Source: Octopus vulgaris (taxonomy: Eukaryota). Taken from it: a DNA stretch of 64,000 nt. Location of the stretch: positions 55,800,001 through 55,864,000 of the forward strand of contig OX597816.1 in the NCBI GenBank assembly GCA_951406725.2, read 5' to 3'. Within the stretch, counting starts at the first letter, position 1; every line of letters begins with the position of its first letter. A program made the translations under genes and the position numbers. Below, in pieces: positions 1 to 13,740 of the stretch. Below the pieces are notes generated by a model that was given only the letters and a program-made list of their open reading frames with translations, was not told the origin of the DNA and did no database searches.

Positions 1-461
1 AGTGTATGGTAAACGAAAATTACATTTAATTTTTTATTACCAGGACTAATTATATATCAGGTTAGTCGCTGAATATTCAGAAAAACTAATAAAAATAGCA
101 ATAAATTAATTAATGTAAATTTTATAGATTGCTTTAGACAATAAATTATATCTTCTCATATTAATAACAAAGGTCAGATTTTCTCTTGAAAAATCAAACA
201 TTAGAAAATAATAATAGTTTATTTATAATTATATTATTTATGAGATTGGTTTTCAATCTTATCACCCAACATTATATTACTCGTCGAACACAGTGTATTT
301 CATTGAAAGTGAAATAGTGTGTTACACGAAATTCTACTGTTTTAATTTATTATGTCGACAGACAATATCATCACATACTTTCGTGGGATGTCATCTGTTT
401 AACTTCAAATATAAGCGATTACTAATTCTTAGACTAGAATGTTTACCAACATTGGTACATA

Positions 462-1291
462 CGAGGGGGTTACTGAAACGGTTTTAAGGTTATCCTGAAA
501 GTCATAACTTAGACTTTGCGGATCTACCACATTTTGTAGATAAGAGAGCTTTCCGCAAAATGGTGCGGAAACAGCTGAACGTAGATCAGAGGTATATCAG
601 AATGACGACATCAAAGGTGATCTTGGATCAATTGAAGCGGATGAGGTTGATTTTATGACTCTTTTAATCGCCATGGATGAAGCTTGGCTTCATCATTATG
701 GTCCTCAGACCAGACAGAAATCAATGAAGTGATGCCACTGCGCTTCACCACGTTCCAAAAGCTTTCGGACCCAGAAGTCAACTGGACAGATTCTGGTTTC
801 AGTGCTCTTGGAAAAAGACGGAGTACTCCTCATATAATGTCTGCCAAAGGATGGCACCAAAAATGCAGAATACTAGATGTCTCTGTTGGACGAACTGCGT
901 GGAAGTTTGAAGCAAGAACGCCGTGGAAAGGTTGGCCGGGGTGCTTTTGCAGGACAATGAACCAGCACACACTGAACATGAATCTCTATTGAAAATACAT
1001 GACTTTAGCTTTGAATTGGTAGACCACTCATCTAACCCTCCTGATTTGTCCCTCCCCACCCGCACGGATGTCACCTCCTTCCACCCCTGAAGAAACACCT
1101 CATGGGAAAAAGTGATCGCTGCTACAGACGCCTGGTTGGAGGACCAAGCTTCCAAGTTCTTTTTACAGGGCTTAGAAAAACTGAATGACCGCTGCAATAA
1201 GTGTGTGAATCTGAGAGGGGAATATGTTGAATAAAACTAACTGATCTTCCTGTATTTTACCCATAGCCAGGAACTTTTCAGCACGCCCTCA
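462..1291 (+). mobile_element. Degenerate, internally deleted mariner-family DNA transposon
   Basis: Imperfect TIRs (TA|cgagggggttactgaaacggtt at 460-483; agccaggaacttttcagcacgccctca|TA at 1265-1293) with TA flanks. Broken frames give mariner motifs LIAMDEAWLHHYGPQT (cf. GDETW), QDNEPAH (cf. HDNAPAH), DHSSNPPDLS (cf. HPPYSPDLAP) and C-terminal GLEKLNDRCNKCVNLRGEYVE*. Confidence 0.88.
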
Positions 1292-2550
1292 TACTAGTCA
1301 TTGTTTCTAGTATGTTCAATGAACTTTCTCATCACTAAATATTTAGGTGTTGATCGGAAAATCGCTGAATTCACACACAAAAACTAAAAAGAATTGACAA
1401 AAGTGATATGTGTTCAAACATTTTTTTTCTTATCCTTAAAACAATACGACAAATAGTCCTTGTGTAATGAGTTTCCGTCCTATATTGGGATAAAACTACT
1501 TCTAATTTCTTTGAAACGTTGTATTTAAGGAAGAACATTTAAGGAAGTAGGCTGCAAATATTTTCTATCAAATGTTTAATATTTTATAGTCTACTGATAA
1601 GAATCTATTCCATTTACATTGTTTGGAGTATTGAACAACACAAGATGCAATCGCAGATATATATGATTGCTTTATGACAAAGAAGGCTCTTAGTATAAAA
1701 AGTATAGTTTGTCTTTTGGTAAAATCACAATTTATTTGCGTTAGTAATGTTTATGAACATTAATATCCCAGAGAAAAGTCAGATTTTGGTTACAGAGAGG
1801 TCGAAATCAGAAACTACAGTTATAATATCTTCTGATTATGATAAACGACTATTCGGAAACACTAATCGTAGTCTGTATCCGAACGAGTCAATGAAATGCT
1901 GCAAACTATTCATCAGCCATTCGTGTCAATTATTTCGTTATTGATTAAGTCTAAATTAGTTTTCTTTCGTCTGTCCACGCAATGTTTTAAAGGCATCGTA
2001 ACCACCAAATTACAATAAACACTAGCTATAGGAAACATATTTCCTTTTCAGGTAGAATTAAGTACCGGATAACGTTAGTTTTTCTTTCTGATTTTTTATA
2101 GATATAAAATACTTGGATGTTGTCAGTTTGAATATCATTAAGGAATTTTTCGCAAAGAAATACATAGAAGAGAAATAAACATTTCTTTTTTTATATGTAC
2201 GCATATTTGTCGAAAACAATTCTATTTCTGGTATATTCCATGAAGTTGAATATATCAGGTCTTCACGTAAAGTCAGTATTCTGGTCTTTAGAATGGTAAG
2301 TTTGCTAGAGTGGGCGAAAGACTGAGAAAGTTTTTCAAGTGTTTGAAGAACACAATTTGTTTGAATCTCATAAATAATTTATAGGAAGAAGGAATGTGCC
2401 ACTGCAATTTTCAGTTACATTCTCATAACACAAAGAACGTATTCAACACATGAGAATTCATGGATATCTGAATGAGTCTGTGTGAGTGTATATATATATA
2501 CATAAATATACATATATGCATATATGCATACATGTGTGAATATATGTATC

Positions 2551-2595
<45 letters not shown>

Positions 2596-2777
2596 ATATA
2601 TATGTATGTATGTATATATATATATATTTATATATTCGGATACATTTACACCTGTATGTGTATGAATACACATAAATAAATGGGTGACGAGTGTGTGTAG
2701 TAGTAAGTCTTTGGATGTCTTTAAATTTGTACGTTCACAGGCACACACAAACACATATATACATACATTCATACTCA

Positions 2778-2933
<156 letters not shown>

Positions 2934-3419
2934 TTCTAATTACGTATAAAATCGGCAAATTTGACCTGAGCAAATGTTTAATAAGGTTTCAGTCAAATTT
3001 CAGTACACGTGGCTTTTCAGAGTATATAACTACGTATAGAATCGGAAACGTCTACATAGTCGTTCGATCCACCAGAATTAATAGCTAAATCTCCTTCAGA
3101 TCTAGAACCAAACATTTATTCACCGTTATGGTTACATCCTATGAAATGCTTGTAGATGGGATGGCAACAACTGGAAAAAGAAAAAAAAATAACATTTATC
3201 ATAGATCTGAGCTTTCAGATCTAAGCAGCATCAAACACCACGAGATTTGTGTTGAGATAAAAATTTTGCTAATGGTTGGATGAATACGGAGTTTGGTGAA
3301 TTTTATTGAATCACCAGTTTTAATTTGATGGTGGTGAAATAAAATGGTGGTTCATGCGATGTACATGCACTATATAATCAACTGAAAATTATACTTCAAG
3401 GAGAAGCTTGTTATATTTC

Positions 3420-3582
3420 ATTATTTTCTTATTTTTGTACTCTAGACTGCGGCCATCCCGGGGCACCTCTATGAAGACGTTTTTGTCGAATGAATTGACC
3501 CTAGTACATAGTGCTACTGAACTCGGATCGGTGTGGTTGGGAAGCAAGCATTTTATCACACAGCCACGGCGCATGCGCCTAT
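3420..3582 (-). mobile_element. Degenerate, deleted CORE-type SINE
   Basis: Head (cacacagccac...gcgcctata) and tail (gactgcggccat...ggggcacc) match the family at 8375-8790 in reverse. Confidence 0.6.
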
Positions 3583-3972
3583 AATCTGTTTTAGATTTTC
3601 TTCAGTGCTACCTGAAATGTGATAGTCATTGCCGTTCCAACGCTGACCATTCCATCGTTTTATCTACCATGGACTACATTTTCTGATGCTATTCTTTTTA
3701 AGACGTTGATCTAAACGAAATTTAGCTATGTATATATACTTTATTTAAAAGCAGCAGAAATTAAACAAAACAAATAAATGAGCTCAATATAAAATATAAA
3801 ATTATAAAAATCGAGGAAAAACCTTAAATCGAAGCTTTCGTTCAAATACATATTGCCATTAATAATGCAGAAAATATAATTAATACATAAGAATTGAAAT
3901 TAAAATATTAAAATATATTAAAATATTTCACAACAGTACATACGCATACTAACCTATTAATATACGTATATA

Positions 3973-4203
3973 CATCAACATACACAGATAGATGTGCACA
4001 GACCACATACATATACAGACATATAGGTGCAAAACGAAAATATACACACAAATGCATGTACACATATGTATACGCATGATTTTTGCATGCGAGCAATATT
4101 GTGTATACATATGTGTACATGCATTTGTGTGTATATTTTCGTTTTGCACTTATATATCTGTATATGTATGTGGTCTGCGCACATCTCTCTGTGTATGTTG
4201 ATG
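3973..4203. repeat. Long palindrome (~100-bp arms, ~30-nt loop)
   Basis: 3973-4073 (catcaacatacacag...cacatatgtatac) is the reverse complement of 4103-4203 with a few mismatches. Confidence 0.95.
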
Positions 4204-4204
4204 C

Positions 4205-4257
4205 ATACATATCCCAGCGCCCCAATAATTACAGGTACAAACCTGACCTTGTAATCT
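4205..4257 (-). mobile_element. Small fragment of an RLE-type LINE C-terminus
   Basis: Translates DYKVRFVPVIIGALGYV, matching the PVIVGALG motif of the R4/Dong-like elements at 34320-35535 and 48909-52865. Confidence 0.65.
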
Positions 4258-5422
4258 ATATATGTATGTATGTATGTATATACACGCAATAGAGGTGAAC
4301 TGAGAAAAACTTCTTAGAATTTGAACGGGAAACTACGCTAACCACTACATCAAATAACAATTTAACATCGCTGTCAGTCACAGTGATGCCCTCAAAATTT
4401 TTCGTGTTTTACCTTCATAGAAAATGTTTTCATTTCTGACAAATTTGGGTGAAATGTCATTGGCAATTAAATTACAATAGTTGAAATCTCACGTATATGA
4501 AGGTTTTTTTAGCGGTGAATAAATGTTTTGTAGGAATAATCTCCTTATACAAAGACATACATGTACACACAGTCATCCATCCAAATGTGTGCGTGTATCT
4601 GTGTGTGTGTGTATGTACACGTGCGTATTGTGTGTATATGGTTTTATGTATACTATGCACAACAGCCATAAAAACCAGTTCCATTTGAAAATGCGTGCAC
4701 TGAGAGGAATTTATTCCTTTTCTGTCAATCGAAATATTCTCCTGTCAATTAAGCAATCCGATGTGCACCAGCAGGCATGTGTTTGTCTCCGTATAAATCT
4801 CTATCCGTCGATGTTAAACAACAACCAGAATACGCAGAACCTACCTTTTCATAGGGATTTGATGTAAGCCTGGTATATAACCTCTGAAACAAAGCTGGTG
4901 TGATAATGACGAACAATAAATCAGCGACTAATACGGTTTTATATGTCAGCGGAGTTTCAGCGAATTCGATCGATTTTCGAGACCCGAGGGTTCAACCGCC
5001 CAGTTCGTATCTTGCGTGTTTATTTCAATAAATGTTTTTAATTGTAATAGGTTATACATAATAAATTTGAAGAATACTAAACATAATACAATGTGTGCTC
5101 GAATGTTCCAAACAATGTGGCCTATATAGTACTCTGTACATATCTTTATTTGTCTTTAATCTGTATTCATTACGGCTATCGATTCTGGACAAAAAATCTG
5201 TCTGAAAGAATATGTTTGCTCGGGATGCAATTTACAATGCTGATATTTTCCAACTCCACACGATTCATCTCTTCTAGATTGGCGAATTCAATATCTGTAG
5301 TAATAGTCCGGCGCTGGCATAGAAGTTGAATCTGACAATATTTAAATAATGTACTCAAGCTTGAAAATGGATAATGAAGCACATCAGCCTCATTTTCAAT
5401 AGTTGACGATCTTGTTTCAGTG

Positions 5423-5497
5423 TCACTCATTGAATGGGACAGCAACTCTATTGATTTTTCTGACTATATTTCTGTCCTCATCAAACACTATATCAAT
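5423..5497 (-). CDS. Candidate terminal coding exon of an unidentified host gene (IDIVFDEDRNIVRKINRVAVPFNE*)
   Basis: Acceptor tttctctgtttgcatgctag immediately upstream, phase-0 start compatible with exon 7972-8100, TGA at 5423-5425, AATAAA on the minus strand at ~5146-5151. No homology recognised. Confidence 0.4.
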   Translation of the reverse strand: MDIVFDEDRNIVRKINRVAVPFNE

Positions 5498-5974
5498 CTA
5501 GCATGCAAACAGAGAAATATTGCGTTCATTCATGCATAAATTATATTTCTTAATGTAAGTCTAGCTATGCAATTACTGAAACCGACATTGGATTATCTTA
5601 TACAGAACGAGATGGATACAACTACTCTATGCTCCAAGTGTGATTGAAACGTTTCCTATTTAGTTATAAACGCCGGTACAAATGGACGAGAGAAAGAAAA
5701 CGAATCAATAAACATGATTGGATGGCTTATTAGTTTTTCTATATAATCCGACTGAAAACCATGTTTATTATAAATTTAAATAATGACTTCACTTCGTTGC
5801 ATGGTTCGTATTTGTGTGCTGTTATTATGAGTTTGAAATTTTGTTATGTAGCCGGTAGATATAGAGGTGTGCAACTAGATTCAATCGACTCCCAATGATT
5901 AAACGGGTATTTATTTTATCGAGTCCTAAATGATGAAAAATAGAGTCGACGGAATTGAACACGACTTTCTAACG

Positions 5975-6375
5975 ATTCTTTTCTACTCTAGGTATAAGCC
6001 CCGATATTTTAGCGGGAGGGGGCCAGTAGATTAGATCGGCCTCATTACGCAAATGGTACTTAATTCATCGATCCCGAAAGGATGAAAGGCAAAGTCGACC
6101 TCGGCGGAATATGAACTCTGAACGTAAAAACAAACGAAATACATATTTCTTTAGAACCCACAAGGGGCTAAACACAGAGAGGACAAACAAGTACAGACAA
6201 ACGGATTAAGTCGATTATATTGACGCAGTGCATAACTGGTACTTATTTAATCGACCCCGAAAGGATGAAAGGCAAAGTCGACCTCGGCGGAATTTGAACT
6301 CAGAACGTAACGGTAGACGAAATACCGCCAAGCATTTCGCCTGACGTGCTAGCGTTTCTGCAAGCTCGCCACCTT
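5975..6375 (-). mobile_element. Nin/Deu-domain tRNA-derived SINE (two nested or tandem units)
   Basis: Repeated core cccgaaaggatgaaaggcaaagtcgacctcggcggaatttgaactcagaacgt (revcomp of B-box plus Nin-like gcctttcatcctttcggggtcgat); head ends ...gctcgccacc. Confidence 0.85.
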
Positions 6376-6379
6376 AATC

Positions 6380-6549
<170 letters not shown>

Positions 6550-6860
6550 CCTTTCTAATATAGGCACACGGAAAGAAATTTTGCGGGAGGGGACTAGTCG
6601 ATTTAATCGAGCCCAGTGTTTTACTGATACTTAATTTATCGACCCGAACCGATGAAAGGCAATGTCGACTTCAGATGAATTAGAACTCTGGACGTAATGC
6701 CGTTTAGCATCTTACTCGGCAGGATAACGATGCTGCTAGCTCACCGCTTTCGATTTCAAATTTTGCCAAAAAGGCAGCCATCTTGTGGGAGCGGATGCTC
6801 GATTAAATCAGGTGCTTCATTTTTAGACCCGAAAGGACGAAAGCAAAGTCAAACACTGCG
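6550..6860 (-). mobile_element. Two degenerate Nin-domain SINE copies
   Basis: gatgaaaggcaatgtcgac and cccgaaaggacgaaagcaaagtc cores; same family as 5975-6375. Confidence 0.7.
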
Positions 6861-7087
6861 GAATGAAGGGAATGTAGGAAAAGAATTCGAGAGAATTGTA
6901 AGGAGGATAATTACGGTTATGGGGGGGTATCGACCAGGAAAGTGACCTGAATTGGGAGATTATAATACAAAATATAACTTCTGAGTCAACATCCACAGCA
7001 ACTAAGCAGGGACCTGACACGACAAACAGTCAATTGACTAAACATTCCCTAAGTCAGTTAGCTTAATGGTCATATAAATAAGTATAA

Positions 7088-7223
7088 GGCGGCGAGTTAT
7101 CAGAAACGTTAGCACGCCGGGCGAAATACTTATCAGTATTAAGTCACAGTTGGGTACTGGGGTCGATCTAATCGACTGGCCTGCTCCCTAAAAATGTCGG
7201 CTCTTGTGCCTAGAACAGAAAAT
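7088..7223 (+). mobile_element. Internally deleted Nin-domain SINE with target-site duplication
   Basis: Head ggcggcgagttatcagaaacgttagcacgccgggcgaaat; flanked by the direct repeat aataagtataa (7077-7087 and 7224-7234). Confidence 0.8.
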
Positions 7224-7699
7224 AATAAGTATAAATCCCTAAGTTAATTAAATGATTACAAATTAATTACCTGCTAATTATAATTATTATTACAGATGCA
7301 GGCTCATACTACAGATTGCTCCTTCATACTTAATAAGATATATATATATATATTTATTTATTTATTTATTTATTTATTTATTAGAGAATGAAATAGAAGA
7401 TTGACATAGTTATCATGTGAATTTAGTTGAACCATATTTCGGCATCTAGCGTGCATTCCACAGGTTCAAAAATTACGTCAGTCTACTTCATTGTTTGTTT
7501 GTTTTTTTTTTTGTTTTTGTTCTTTTTTTTGTTAAGATTATATAGGACTGATATAATTCCTCAAGAAGTTATAGAGAAATAAAGATAGGGTAGGAAAAAT
7601 TATAGAATTTTTTTTTTTATTTTGCCAGTGGCCTAGTATGTATATAAAGTCTATAGACATATTTTTCATATAAAATCAGTGTTCATTTAAACACAAAAA

Positions 7700-7841
7700 T
7701 AGATGCTATAAGGAACAGTCAAAAGTCCAAACCACAGTCAAGAGCAATAGCGAAGGAAATGAAAAATAAAAAAACATTTACCTCCCTTCGAAATTGCTCT
7801 TAACTATTGTTTGGAGTTTTGACTGTTCCTTCTAGCATCTA
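7700..7841. repeat. Imperfect inverted repeat (MITE-like or fold-back)
   Basis: tagatgctataaggaacagtcaaaagtccaaac...cgaagg pairs with ccttcg...gtttggagttttgactgttccttctagcatcta. Confidence 0.8.
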
Positions 7842-7886
7842 AGGTTACCTGTTAAGACTCACCTCATTTTGTGTTTAAACGTACAC

Positions 7887-7950
<64 letters not shown>

Positions 7951-7971
7951 TACAGGAAATTTTGAATTTAC

Positions 7972-8100
7972 TTCCAGGACTTGGGAATCACTGGTGTAGT
8001 GCATTACACTGGTTAAATTTACAATGAAGTGAAGTTTTCTTTCTGTTTTTGTTTTACCGTAGGAATCTAATAAGATAATTTGTAGGTCAAAAAACAAATT
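7972..8100 (-). CDS. Candidate internal coding exon (NLFFDLQIILLDSYGKTKTERKLHFIVNLTSVMHYTSDSQVLE)
   Basis: Acceptor ttttatacag, 129 nt open (43 codons, phase 0-0), donor GAA|gtaaat; non-repetitive sequence. No homology recognised. Confidence 0.45.
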
Positions 8101-8374
8101 CTGTATAAAATTAAGCTGTCAAGATAAGGATTAGAAAGGAAGGAGCGAAGAAATCTCAAACGTAAAAGAAATCAGTAATCGGTCAAGAAGGAAAATTATT
8201 CTGGTTTAATTCAGTTAGAAAATTAAATGGATTAACATAATACTATTATATTCTAGTTTTTTTATATGGAATTTTGTTGTTTGTATAGTGAACATGTGTG
8301 ACGTAGTTTCTGAAAATGTTTTGTACAAACAGGCAGATAGAAATAACAAAATCTACTAAAACAATTCTATGTAT

Positions 8375-8790
8375 AAGGCGCAGGATTGGCTGTGTGGTAA
8401 GTAGCTTGCTAACCAACCACATGGTTCCGGGTTCAGTCCCACTGCGTGGCATCTTGGGCAAGTGTCTTCTGCTATAGCCTCGGGCCGACCAAAGCCTTGT
8501 GAGTGGATTTGGTTGACGGAAACTGAAAGAAGCCTGTCGTATATATGTATATACATGTATATGTATGTGTGTATATATGTTTGTGTGTCTGTGTTTGTCC
8601 CTCTGGTGTCCCTCTGATGCTGGTGTGTTTACGTCAACGTCACTTAGCGGTTCGGCAAAAGAGACCGATAGAATAAGTACTGGGCTTACAAAGAATAAGT
8701 CCCGGGGTCGCTTTGCTCGACTAATGGCAGTGCTCCAGCATGGCCGCAGCCAAATGACTGAAACAAGTAAAAGAAAAAAGAAAAAGAAAA
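8375..8790 (+). mobile_element. Full-length CORE-type tRNA-derived SINE (octopus OR-like)
   Basis: tRNA-like head (tggctgtgtggtaag; gggttcagtccc), CORE-like cttgggcaagtgtcttc, central TA/TG tract, tail ccagcatggccgcag...gactgaaacaagtaaaaga; many near-identical copies in the window. Confidence 0.88.
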
Positions 8791-8919
8791 TAATAATTAT
8801 TATAATTATTATAATCTGAACAATCAGCTTTATGTAAAGCATGATATAAAAGTGACATCTTATAAGAGTATAGCGTTCTTAACGACGAGGATTGTTACAA
8901 AAGATTTCAATTTTTTTTT

Positions 8920-9025
8920 GCCACTAGGGCAGCTTGGGCAGGGGATTTAAGTCAATTACATCGACCCCAGTGCGTAACTGGTACTTATTTATTTGACCCC
9001 GAGAGGATGAAACGCAAAAAACAAC
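8920..9025 (-). mobile_element. Partial Nin-domain SINE
   Basis: tcgaccccagtgcgtaactggtactt...gaccccgagaggatgaaa. Confidence 0.7.
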
Positions 9026-9343
9026 CTCAGCGGAATAACGAGTGTTCCAAATGATCTGATCGACGAAACAGACTGCTCATGAAATTAACGTGCAAGTGGT
9101 TGAGTACTCTACAGACAAGCGTACACTTAAGGTAATTCTCAGGGAGGTTCAGAGTGACATAGAATGTGACAAGGCTTGCCCCTTTTGAATTACAGGTACA
9201 ACTCATTTTTGCCAAATGAGTGGACAGAAGCAGCGTGAAAAAATGTGTAAGACTCAAAAATCCAACGCACCGCCGGGAATCGAAATCACGACCTTCGGAT
9301 GATGATTGTGAGCCGAATACAGTAACCACTGAACCACGCACCT
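9026..9343 (-). mobile_element. tRNA-derived SINE, second CORE-like family
   Basis: Minus strand starts ggtgcgtggttcagtggtt (A box) and has gatttcgattccc (B box), followed by a non-tRNA body. Confidence 0.7.
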
Positions 9344-9979
9344 GTGAAGAAGACAAATTTGATTTACTGCTATGAACAATATATTTACTAAATACCGTAA
9401 AAACTACTGAGAATTCGGTCACGTCGCTAAAGAAATTGTGTACATTGTGAGAAAATAAAGTATATTAGAGTAATATAATCAAATAGAAAAAAGCATACAT
9501 TGAATTTCCGATTCAAAGCAAACCGGAAGTGAAAAGAAACGACTGCTTCATAGAAAAATGAGTTAGATGTAAAGGAGAAAATAAAAGGAAATGTCAATGG
9601 ATATTAATCTACTGTTACACAAGTTACGCTCACTCTTAACAAAACTATAAGGAAAATATAAAAGTAGAAAACTAGAAAGTCCGAATCCGTTCCAGTTGGT
9701 GCAAGTGCACCACTACCGAAAGTGTAATTTTTTTTAGTGTAAAACGGAAAAGAAAAGTGGGAAAAGAACTTAAAGGATCCCAGATGAAATCATAGACACC
9801 GTCACCAACTGTTCTTTGCCATCTTATTTCCTGTCGGTTTCATCGTATTTAACACAGAGGTAATGGTCAATCACGAGAAACAAAAGCCAACACAAGAAAC
9901 AAACAAGGACAGTCAATCGACCTCGAAGCATATTTAAATACCTTTGATAACGGCAAATTTATTAAAGAATTCTTGATTT

Positions 9980-10031
<52 letters not shown>

Positions 10032-10034
10032 ATT

Positions 10035-10068
<34 letters not shown>

Positions 10069-10779
10069 TGTATGTATGTATGTATGTATGTATTTCGGGA
10101 GCAATTTGAAAGCTAGAGGCACTTACCATGTAAACTGGGAAATCAGTGCTTTGGCATAATGTTTTAATATTTAACGAAACATGACAAAATTAGAGATTAT
10201 TGTAGAGAAACATAGAAGGCAAATTCTGTTTTTAAATATAATTTCTTCCTTTTATGTTACATCATGAAAAAGTAGTTATACGTATAGAATAAACAAAATA
10301 TATGTGTGTGTGTGCGTGTGTATTTGTATATGTGCACGTGCGTGTGTGTACATTAAAGTTTATGCACTTGCGTTTGCGCTAGCACGTATACTAGTGTAAA
10401 TGGTTCCATCTATGCATATACTTACCGCCTTATTAGTTTGTCATGCGTATGCGATATGAGAAAACTAGCATGAAAGTCAAGTTTGACCAGGTATTAATGT
10501 ATTTAACGCTCCACTGACATCCACTTGAGAAACCATTTTTTTTTATTGCAACAGTAGCTGACAGAAATGGCGGCATTTCGTGGATACCAAGTTATTATTC
10601 TATTTGTAATACAGAGCGCCATTATTTACATAAAATTATTATTACAATATATAATGTTGAAGTAATTCACTACCTCGATTGGATTTCTTTAATTTTTATT
10701 GATGGTTGACATAACAAACGTTCAGATTCTGATAAGGATATAAAAAAAAAACAGTTGATAACATAACACACACAAACAG

Positions 10780-10835
<56 letters not shown>

Positions 10836-10856
10836 GTATATATACTTATATATGTA

Positions 10857-10958
<102 letters not shown>

Positions 10959-11651
10959 AGACACCAGCCGTTTTTATTCACCATAGCAGCTATCACAAGA
11001 GAGCAGAATGCTAAAGTAGTCTTTTCATGGAATGGCTGTGATATGCCGAGTAACAACATGATCAATCACCATTCCACTTGAATGAAATTTTCCTTCTAAA
11101 TAACTGCCATTTTACTGAGTCTGTAATGAGCTGCTTGCTGATGGAATATTCAGGTTTTACTGGGAATCTTAACTCACGCTGATTGTAGACGCTCAAATGA
11201 TTCTACATGAAAGGGAATCACTGCAGAGATGGAGGTATACATATGTATTAACCTGTTGGATACATATTTTGTTTAAGCTGGGAAAAAATATAGAAATCTT
11301 TATATATCAGCAGATGTAAAGACAAAGATATGTATACTTTGATGTGTTATGTGAATGGGAAATCGCGATAGCATATATAAATACAGCTATATGCCTTGTG
11401 CATAAACACACGCATGTATATAGATATATGCATGAGTTAGTTTTAGAATATATGCATTTCCATTTCTATGCCTCTGGGTATGTTATTTAAATTCCTGCCC
11501 AGTATAAAATAGCATATACAACGTTGTTCCTTCATTAGACTTTGTTGTTATGCATGTGTACGCGGACAGTCACATGTGTGCGCGCAAACACACACACACA
11601 CAGATAGATAGGGACATACAGACAAATGGACCAGGCATAAAATAGACAGTC

Positions 11652-11749
<98 letters not shown>

Positions 11750-11942
11750 GTAGATAGACCGCATGTGTACCTCTGTCTTCCCTTCTCTGGATCTTTCGTT
11801 CTCCTATGTTTCCGACGAAGAGCTCTGCTCGAAACATTAAACCCTCCATCCCTTCCTTCCTGAGCGTCCAATAATACTATATTTGTTCCACGTCCTCACG
11901 TTGTTGTGTTTTCTCTTTGTGTTTTCATGTTTGGATTAATTT

Positions 11943-12008
<66 letters not shown>
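11652..12008. repeat. (GATA)n tract split by a 185-bp insertion
   Basis: GATA arrays at 11652-11757 and 11944-12008. Confidence 0.95.
11760..11943 (+). mobile_element. Penelope-like pseudo-LTR fragment with hammerhead-like motif (11808-11842)
   Basis: Highly similar to 27830-28045 and related to the pLTR at 33300-33475, which follows a GIY-YIG ORF. Motif: gttt-CCGACGA-a-gagc(tct)gctc-GAAA-cat-ta-aac. Confidence 0.72.
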
Positions 12009-12059
12009 TGTGTGTGTATTTGCGTTCATGTATGTTTGTATGTATGTATGTATATATGT

Positions 12060-12389
12060 TATTGAGCTTTATTTCAAGATTTCTTGCCAAAAGAGAAAGA
12101 GCCGGTTTCTATCCTAGTTTCAAGGCTCTTTCATTAGAATTTCAGCATCTATAACACTGTATTTTTGCATGTATATATGTGTGTAGATTTGTATATTTTG
12201 CTTCATGTATGTAATCTCAATCATATATTTGCATATCTAATCATGCTCATATATACTTAAATGATAAACTTCTTGAAAGCTTTAGATTTGTACAGTTCCA
12301 GTGATGGATTCGATCTGTAGTCTTCGAATTAGCTTTCCTCTTTCTGGTTTTGAGAAGCCTAATTTCTCAAGATTGGTATTTAGGCAGTG

Positions 12390-12390
<1 letters not shown>
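12060..12390 (-). mobile_element. 3' end of an RLE-type LINE inserted in (TATG)n
   Basis: Minus strand HCLNTNLEKLGFSKPERGKLIRRLQIESITGTVQI...FKKFII* resembles the R4/Dong C-terminus (cf. VQKIVLTGTSHVLRRALSM*), followed by a ~200-nt 3' UTR. TATG repeats lie on both sides. Confidence 0.6.
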
Positions 12391-12425
<35 letters not shown>

Positions 12426-12550
12426 TGTATGTATGTATGTATGTATGTATGTATGTATGTATGTATGTATGTATGTATGTATGTATGTACTTACGTACGT
12501 ATGCATATATGTATATATGTATGTATGTATGTATGCATGTATGTATGAAT
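12391..12550. repeat. (TATG)n microsatellite
   Basis: Direct reading. Confidence 0.97.
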
Positions 12551-13700
12551 ATATTTCTGTATATGCGTGAATGTTGAAGGTATCGATAGGATGAAGCCGA
12601 CTGAGAATCAGAAAGACTGATTCCTATTACTGTTCCAACTCTCTGTACTCGAAGTTCAAACTATACGCAATTCGGAGTTTAGAAACTGGTGTTTTCTGTG
12701 AAAACTTTTGCCAGTATTTTGCATGGGTTTTTAACAAGATGATGATAGATTATCTGGACATCATGACTCCACCTACCTTCTTTAACAATAATTGATCATT
12801 TTATGTCACCCACTCAATCTTCCATGAGCTCGTTTTGCAGTACCTCTCAACTGAAGGCGCTGTCGTGTTCAGTGGAATTATTCTAGGTTCCTTCAATACG
12901 AGTATTTTTCACTTCATGAGAGAAAAGGAAATATAATTTCAAAAATTTCTCTTACAAGGTATATTTCCCTTAAAGTTAATCAAATTAAACTGCAATTAAT
13001 AAAACACACTAAACACCCATTTAGAGATTTTAAAAAAAATAATGAAATCCAGAGCTGCATCTTGTGACGTGAAAACAAAAATAGACATTAATGTTGATAA
13101 TAGAATATCTTATCTTGAGGTAATTGCTGCTGAAAAACGAAAATGCCATGTAATATGTGCATATGTGGGAAATTGAATACTTTCAGCGTCACCAGCCAAA
13201 AGCCTTTAAAAACATTCTGACAGAATATCTTCATGCAAAGAAAGTATTTGTAACAATTGATAAATATGTTCAGTTTGTACATGGTACGTAAAATCAAGGA
13301 CAAGTTAGTGAAATGTATCCGTGTAGATGCAGCTTTTCTAAGATTATTCAAGCTTTATATGCCATTAATGGCATAATGATCATTATACAAAATAATTTAC
13401 CATCATTTCAACATTCTTTTAAATTATTATGTGATGTTCATTAACATACAAATGCTCGACACGTAATATCCTAATTCATCCAGAATCTATTTTATATACG
13501 TATCATATGTCTTTTCTGCTTATTGCTATGTTCATATAGGCGCAGGAGTGGCTGTGTGGTAAGTAGCTTGCTAACCAACCACATGGTTGCGGGTTCAGTC
13601 CCTCTGCGTGGCATCTTGGGCAAGTGTCTTCTGCTATAGCCCCGGGCCGACCAATGCCTTGTGAGTGGATTTGGTAGACAGAAACTGAAAGAAGCCTGTC

Positions 13701-13736
<36 letters not shown>

Positions 13737-13740
<4 letters not shown>

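Noticed and set aside
8375-9343. tRNA genes
   Set aside because: The A/B-box regions are SINE heads without a complete cloverleaf and continue into SINE bodies.
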